Notes under the pieces: model-generated | What the model was told of the DNA's origin: nothing | The model's input: the letters and a program-made list of their open reading frames with translations, nothing else | Databases searched by the model: none | Assembly: GCA_965277505.1 (NCBI GenBank) | Contig: CBDIDA010000002.1 | Location: 91,629 to 155,628, forward strand | DNA: 64,000 nt | DNA from: Rhodopila sp. | Lineage (GTDB): Bacteria > Pseudomonadota > Alphaproteobacteria > Acetobacterales > Acetobacteraceae | Direction: 5' to 3' | Shown here: in pieces, positions 59,047 through 64,000 of the stretch | Layout: every line of letters starts with the position of its first letter | Numbering within the stretch: the first letter of the stretch is position 1 | Made by a program: the position numbers and the translations under genes

Positions 59047-60348
59047 ATGCCGATCATCAATAGCCTCGCCGACTTGCATCCGGAAATGACGGCCTGGCGG
59101 CGAGACCTGCACGCCCATCCGGAGCTGTCGATGCAAGAGGAACGCACCGCACGCGTCGTGCGGGAGAAGCTGGCGGCATTCGGCGTGGACGAGGTCATCA
59201 CCGGCCTGGCGAAGCATGGGGTAGTTGGGGTGATCAGGGCCGGCGGCGGTGACCGCGCGATTGGTTTACGGGCTGATATGGATGCGCTGCCAATTCACGA
59301 GGAAACCGGCTTGGTATACGCCAGCCGCCGGCCTGGCGTGATGCACGCCTGCGGCCATGACGGTCATACCGCAATGCTGCTGGGCGCGGCGAAGTATCTG
59401 GCCGAAACCCGGAACTTTGACGGCACCGTCTACCTGATCTTTCAGCCGGCTGAGGAGTTTGAAGGCGGCGCGCGGCGCATGGTGCAGGACGGGCTGTTCC
59501 AGCGTTGTCCAATGCAGCGCGTTTACGGGCTGCACAATTGGCCCGAGGCGCCGGCAGGAACCTTCCTCTGGCGCAGCGGCCCGGTCATGGCAGCCGTTGC
59601 GTTCTTCGACATTGTCGTCACCGGCCGGGGCAGCCATGGCGCTTCACCCCACCAGGGAATCGATCCGATCGTCGTCTCGGCGCAGATCATCAGTGCGTTG
59701 CAGACGATTGTTTCGCGCACCATCGAACCGATCGAGGGCGGCGTGCTGTCCATCGGCAGCATCGCCGGCGGCCATGCCCACAACATCCTGCCGGAGCAGG
59801 TGCTGATGAAGGGCACGGCGCGTTGGTATCAGCCAAAGGTCGGCGCGGTCATCGAAGCGACGTTGCAACGGCTGGTGCACGGCATTGCCGGAAGCTTCGG
59901 CGCCTCGGCCACGGTGCGGTTCTTCCACCACGCGCCGGCTACCGTGAACGACGCCGAGGCAACTGCCTTGGCCAGCGAAGCGGCGCTGTCAGTGGTCGGC
60001 GCGGACCATGTCAGCCACATGCGGGCGCCCTCGATGGGCGGCGAGGATTTCGCCTATATGCTTGAGGAGAGACCAGGCGCGTACCTCATGCTCGGTGCCG
60101 GACGAGCGCCCGGTGACGCGTTGCTGCACCATCCGAAATACGACTTCAACGATGAGATCCTGCCAATCGGTGCCTCATGGTGGGCAACATTGGTGGAGCG
60201 GCAACTAGAGCAACATCAGCCTGACTGGAATAGTCGGGCTGATAAAGTTGCTCGCGAAAACAATGGGCTAGACCGCGCTAACTGTTCCAGTCAGCCTAAA
60301 GGCGGTCTAGCCAAGCCGGGTAATACACCGCGCCTTCATTCGGCATAG
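59047..60348 (+). CDS. M20-family amidohydrolase (hippurate hydrolase/aminoacylase-like) with a repeat-derived C-terminal extension
   Basis: HPELSMQEERT, MHACGHDGHTAMLLGAAK and FQPAEE motifs. The last ~48 codons (from about 60205) are read out of the palindromic repeat element. Confidence 0.85.
   Translation: MPIINSLADLHPEMTAWRRDLHAHPELSMQEERTARVVREKLAAFGVDEVITGLAKHGVVGVIRAGGGDRAIGLRADMDALPIHEETGLVYASRRPGVMHACGHDGHTAMLLGAAKYLAETRNFDGTVYLIFQPAEEFEGGARRMVQDGLFQRCPMQRVYGLHNWPEAPAGTFLWRSGPVMAAVAFFDIVVTGRGSHGASPHQGIDPIVVSAQIISALQTIVSRTIEPIEGGVLSIGSIAGGHAHNILPEQVLMKGTARWYQPKVGAVIEATLQRLVHGIAGSFGASATVRFFHHAPATVNDAEATALASEAALSVVGADHVSHMRAPSMGGEDFAYMLEERPGAYLMLGAGRAPGDALLHHPKYDFNDEILPIGASWWATLVERQLEQHQPDWNSRADKVARENNGLDRANCSSQPKGGLAKPGNTPRLHSA
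60205..60311. repeat. palindromic intergenic repeat element, copy 2 (107 bp, degenerate first hairpin)
   Basis: It aligns base for base with 55915..56018, apart from a few substitutions and a 3-nt insertion in the right arm of hairpin 1. Confidence 0.9.
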
Positions 60349-61424
60349 TGGCGGACCGCCTCGGGATCAAAGCTGAAGCCCCAACCGGGCCTGGCGGGCA
60401 CTACGGCGTTGCCGTCCGCATCCAGTTCGATGCGCTCTCGATAGATCTTCTCGAACCAAGGCATGTGCTCAAGATAATGCCCCGCGGGCAGCGCCGCGAG
60501 CAGAGCCAGGCTCATTTCCGGAAACAGATGTGAGGCACACGGCACATGGAACGCCTCACACAAGTGGCCGGCCTTCAGAAACTCGGTCGGGCCGCCCATC
60601 CGCTGCAGATCGGGCATGATAATGTCGGCCGCTCCAGCCTGCAGCATCGCCAGCACGCCGCGATGCGTATAGACCGTCTCGCCCGAGGCGATCGGCACGT
60701 CGAGCGCGGCACGGATTTGCGCTTCGCCAGCATGGTCGTGGCAGATCACCGGCTCCTCGAACCAGGTCAGGTTCAGCGGTTCCAGCATCCGGCCGATCCG
60801 GATCGCCTGCTTGACGCTCATCTGCTGGTTGGCGTCGACCATCAGGGCGATATCAGGACCGATGGCCTCGCGCACTGCCGCGACGCGGGCGACCATGGTC
60901 AGCGGGTCGGTCGGCCCTACGCGGGTCTTCATGGCGCGGAAGCCGCGCTGCACGAACCTTGCTGCCTGCTCCTGCAACTGTGGAATGGTCGAGCCCAGCC
61001 ACAGGCCGCCGCTGGCATAGGTGGGCACCGAGGCGCGGCAAGCGCCGATCAGATGCGCGACGTTCAGCCCGGCTGCCTTGCCTCGCAAATCCCACAGGGC
61101 GTTGTCGATCGCCGCCAGTCCGACGATGGACACCCCCTCGTAGCCCAGGAAGTTCAGCTCCTGCCACGCTTTGGCGTTGAGTGCCCCGCCCAGACCCGGA
61201 TCAAGGCCGACGACAAGGTCTTCCAGCCGTCGGATCATGTCATAGATAACGCTCAGGCGACGGTTGTTGATCGAGAACACCAGACCTTCACCGGTCAGGC
61301 CTTCGTCGGTATCGAGCCAGGTCAGCACGCAGTCGGCCGAGCGGATCGATCCCAGGATCGCCGTCAGGATCGGCGGGTCGATGGGCAGGTGCACGACCTG
61401 GGTGCGCAGGCGGGTGATCTTCAT
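60336..61424 (-). CDS. mandelate racemase/muconate lactonizing enzyme family (enolase superfamily) protein
   Basis: MKITRL...KTRVG...ALMVDANQ...FEEP...ASGE metal-ligand pattern. RBS GGAGGA. Confidence 0.85.
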   Translation of the reverse strand: MKITRLRTQVVHLPIDPPILTAILGSIRSADCVLTWLDTDEGLTGEGLVFSINNRRLSVIYDMIRRLEDLVVGLDPGLGGALNAKAWQELNFLGYEGVSIVGLAAIDNALWDLRGKAAGLNVAHLIGACRASVPTYASGGLWLGSTIPQLQEQAARFVQRGFRAMKTRVGPTDPLTMVARVAAVREAIGPDIALMVDANQQMSVKQAIRIGRMLEPLNLTWFEEPVICHDHAGEAQIRAALDVPIASGETVYTHRGVLAMLQAGAADIIMPDLQRMGGPTEFLKAGHLCEAFHVPCASHLFPEMSLALLAALPAGHYLEHMPWFEKIYRERIELDADGNAVVPARPGWGFSFDPEAVRHYAE

Positions 61425-61464
61425 CTAGGGTCCTCCGAGCGGTTCCACCCTCCGTGGAACCGCT

Positions 61465-62409
61465 CTAGATGTCGAATCCAAGAACGTTGTTCAGTCTGGC
61501 GAAGGGCGTCATGTGCTTGATGCCGCTGTGGGTTCGGATGGTGTTGTAATCTGTCATGAAGGGTCTGAGCGCCTGGGTCCGCTGTAGTGATGTTTCGTAG
61601 GCCTTGGCATAAGCCCATTCGCGCAGGCTGGTTTGGATGAAACGCTCGGCCTTGCCGTTGGTGCGCGGGGTGTAGGGCCGGGTTCGCTTATGGCGGATGT
61701 CTGTCTCTGCCAACAGGTCGCGGAAGGCGAAGCTGTTATAGGCCAATCCGTTGTCGGTCATGATCCGCTCGACGCTGACGCCGAAGCGCTTGAACCAGGC
61801 CAGTGCGCGGCGGGTGAAAGCGACGGCGCACTCGGCTTTTTCGTTGGCCAGGACTTCGCTGTAGGCCAGGCGGCAGGCATCGTCGATGGCGACATGGAGA
61901 TATTCCCAGCCGGTGCCCCGTTTGTTGCTTTGGCCGGTGCGGTCGCCGGTGATGCGGTGGCCGACCCCGTTGATGCGGCCGAGTTTCTTGATGTCGATGT
62001 GGATGAGTTCGCCGGGTTTCTCGCGCTCGTAGCGGATGATTTCGGGTTTGGCCTCGAGCGCCCTGAGCCTTCCAAGGCCAAGACGGCGCAGCACCGCGCC
62101 AACTGTCGAGCGCGGCAGGCCAAGCTCACGGGCGATCTGCGGGCCGGTGCGCCGTTCGCGACGCAGCCGCTCGATGGCGGCCAGAGTGTCGGCGTCGGTG
62201 CGGTGCGGGCATCGGGCGGGCGCCGAACTCCTGTCCTGCAGGGCAAGTTCGCCCCCCGCCCGATGCCGCGCCAGCCAGCGAAACGCTTGTCGTTGAGAGA
62301 GACCGGCGGCGGCGGCGGCATCTCCCACCCGCCACCCATCGGTGCGGACACGGTGCACCAGCAAGGCTCGACCTTGCGGCGTCAGGCGCGCATTCTTGTG
62401 GACGTTCAT
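61465..62409 (-). CDS. IS481-family DDE transposase
   Basis: MNVHKNARLTPQGRALLV (HTH), then an rve-type core HIDIKKL...WEYLHVAIDD...TDNG. The stop codon TAG is supplied by the flanking CTAG. Confidence 0.85.
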   Translation of the reverse strand: MNVHKNARLTPQGRALLVHRVRTDGWRVGDAAAAAGLSQRQAFRWLARHRAGGELALQDRSSAPARCPHRTDADTLAAIERLRRERRTGPQIARELGLPRSTVGAVLRRLGLGRLRALEAKPEIIRYEREKPGELIHIDIKKLGRINGVGHRITGDRTGQSNKRGTGWEYLHVAIDDACRLAYSEVLANEKAECAVAFTRRALAWFKRFGVSVERIMTDNGLAYNSFAFRDLLAETDIRHKRTRPYTPRTNGKAERFIQTSLREWAYAKAYETSLQRTQALRPFMTDYNTIRTHSGIKHMTPFARLNNVLGFDI

Positions 62410-62498
62410 CTGGGGCTCCTGGGGCGTGCGGTTGATGGGTGTGGCAACCACAGCTTCACCCCTCCGCCCCGGATGAACAACCTTCGTAGCTTCGACAG
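61469..62498 (-). mobile_element. IS481-family insertion sequence (about 1.03 kb) flanked by CTAG
   Basis: Imperfect terminal inverted repeats: TGTCGAATCCAAGAACGTTGTTCA (left) against the reverse complement of the right end, TGTCGAAGCTACGAAGGTTGTTCA. CTAG sits at 61465-61468 and 62499-62502. One DDE transposase ORF lies inside. Confidence 0.8.
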
Positions 62499-62568
62499 CT
62501 AGTGCTCGATCGCAGAGAAGTGCTGCACGCGCTTCGCCGCGTGAATCGGCCACTTCAAGCCCAACCGA

Positions 62569-62595
62569 TGTATCGCCCTTCATTGATGGGCGATA
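62569..62595 (-). terminator. hairpin downstream of the glycoside hydrolase gene (9-bp stem)
   Basis: GTATCGCCC-ttcattgat-GGGCGATAC. There is no clear U-tract. Confidence 0.25.
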
Positions 62596-62634
62596 CTAGC
62601 GCGCCTGTCCCAGACAGCTTCCGGCGGATGGACT

Positions 62635-64000
62635 TCAGAAGCACGCAGGCTCGCCGGTGGGCATGTCCATCTGGGTGGGATCGTCCGCCTCACGCCCATG
62701 CAACAGCAACGCCACCAGACCGGTCCAGCCGGTCTGGTGACAGGCACCCAGCCCCTCGCCGTTGTCGCCATGGAAGTACTCGTGGAACAGCAGGTGGTCG
62801 CGGAACCGTGGGTCGGTCTGCAGCAATTTCGCCTCGCCGAATATCGGCCGACTGCCGTCCGGCCGCCGCAGGAACAGCCGCGTCAGCCTGGCAGACAGTT
62901 CGTCGGCGATCTCGCGCAACGCCAGGGTGCGGCCGGACCCGGTCGGATACTCGACGCGAAAGTCGTCGCCATAGTAATGGTGAAAGCCGTACAGCGACTC
63001 GATCAGCATGTAGTTGACCGGCATCCACACCGGGCCTCGCCAGTTCGAGTTGCCGCCAAAGGCTCGGCTGTCGCTATCGCCCGGAACGTAGCGCACGCTG
63101 AAATGCTGGCCATCCAGATCAAGCTCAAACGGGGCGTCAAGGTGCATGCGAGAGACGCTGCGCACGCCATACGGCGACAGGAACGCCGTTTCATCCAGCA
63201 TGCGCCGCAGCAGCGACTTCATCCGGCTGCCGCGCAGCAGCGACAGCAGCCGCCGCGACCCCTGCCCTTCCACATCCCAGTGCGAGACCAAGGCCGCAAG
63301 GTCGGGCCGATGGTCCAGCACCCATTGCAGCCGGCTGGCAAATCCGGGGCAGCGCGCGACCGTTTCCGGCTCCAGCACCTCCACCGCGAACAGCGGGAAC
63401 AGCCCGACCAGGGAGAACAGGCGCAGCGGAATGGCTGATCCGTCCGGACGCTGCAGCACGTTGTGGTAGAACTTATCGACCTCATCCCACAGGCCGCGGC
63501 GGCCGTTCTGGCGCGTCATCGCCTCGGCGATCGCCAGGAAATGCTCGAAGAACTTCGTTGCGGTGGCTTCGTAGACGTTATTGCGGGTGGCCAGCTCCAG
63601 CGAGATGCGCATCATGTTCAGCGCATACATCGCCATCCATGACGTACCATCGGACTGGTCGATGCGGCCGGCCACCGGCAGCTTCTGGCTGCGATCGAAG
63701 ATGGCGATGTTGTCCAGCCCGAGGAAGCCGCCCTGGAAGACGTTGCGGCCCTCGACGTCCTGTTTGTTGACCCAGCCGGTGAAGTTCATCATCAGCTTGT
63801 GGAAGACCCGCTCCAGGAACTCAAAGTCCGGCTGGCCGCGCAAATTGGCATCCATGCGGAACACGCGCCACGCGGCCCAGGCATGCACAGGCGGATTCAC
63901 GTCGCCGAACGCCCATTCATAGGCCGGCAACGCCCCGTTCGGGTGCATGAACCACTCATGCGTCAGCATTAGCAACTGCTGCTTGGCAAACTCGGGATCG
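62635..64000 (-). CDS. GH63-like/MGH1-like glycoside hydrolase (glucosidase), 5'-truncated by the window edge
   Basis: HPNGALPAYEWAFGDVNPPVHAWAAWRVF...GGFLGLDNI...(alpha/alpha)6-barrel family motifs. The reading frame remains open to the end of the window. Confidence 0.65.
   Translation of the reverse strand, partial: DPEFAKQQLLMLTHEWFMHPNGALPAYEWAFGDVNPPVHAWAAWRVFRMDANLRGQPDFEFLERVFHKLMMNFTGWVNKQDVEGRNVFQGGFLGLDNIAIFDRSQKLPVAGRIDQSDGTSWMAMYALNMMRISLELATRNNVYEATATKFFEHFLAIAEAMTRQNGRRGLWDEVDKFYHNVLQRPDGSAIPLRLFSLVGLFPLFAVEVLEPETVARCPGFASRLQWVLDHRPDLAALVSHWDVEGQGSRRLLSLLRGSRMKSLLRRMLDETAFLSPYGVRSVSRMHLDAPFELDLDGQHFSVRYVPGDSDSRAFGGNSNWRGPVWMPVNYMLIESLYGFHHYYGDDFRVEYPTGSGRTLALREIADELSARLTRLFLRRPDGSRPIFGEAKLLQTDPRFRDHLLFHEYFHGDNGEGLGACHQTGWTGLVALLLHGREADDPTQMDMPTGEPACF

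Overview
This is a high-GC chromosomal window with alphaproteobacterial gene order. An Acetobacteraceae/Rhodospirillales-type origin is my inference only. I support about 60 protein genes, one IS481-family insertion sequence, a twice-repeated ~105-bp palindromic element and a heptanucleotide microsatellite. I saw no rRNA, tRNA or CRISPR.

Housekeeping blocks:
- pyrD
- orphan ctaD
- mltB-like/rlpA/dacC-like/tmk
- rpmH-rnpA-yidD-yidC-engB
- argB
- eno
- kdsA

Other content:
- Signalling genes: a hybrid histidine kinase, an MCP, two GGDEF proteins and a BLUF protein.
- Many flavin enzymes: five LLM-class oxidoreductases, an FMO, an HpaB-like oxygenase and WrbA.

The most unusual part is the lower-GC accessory stretch at about 5-12.4 kb. 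On the minus strand, a sigma70-like promoter drives a structured leader that ends in an intrinsic terminator. Downstream lie small ORFs and then a translationally coupled array. In this array, holin-like small membrane proteins alternate with three intact paralogs, plus one decayed one, of a VUT/YhhQ-like permease. An S24 (LexA/cI-like) repressor gene sits next to it. I know of no described system with this architecture, so it is my best candidate for something new.

A second accessory insertion (44.3-49.7 kb, between engB and argB) carries:
- a 702-aa protein of unknown function
- an HpaB-like oxygenase
- a degenerate GGDQF protein that keeps its I-site, followed by a short BLUF photoreceptor

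All family assignments come from motif recognition by eye. No database search was possible.
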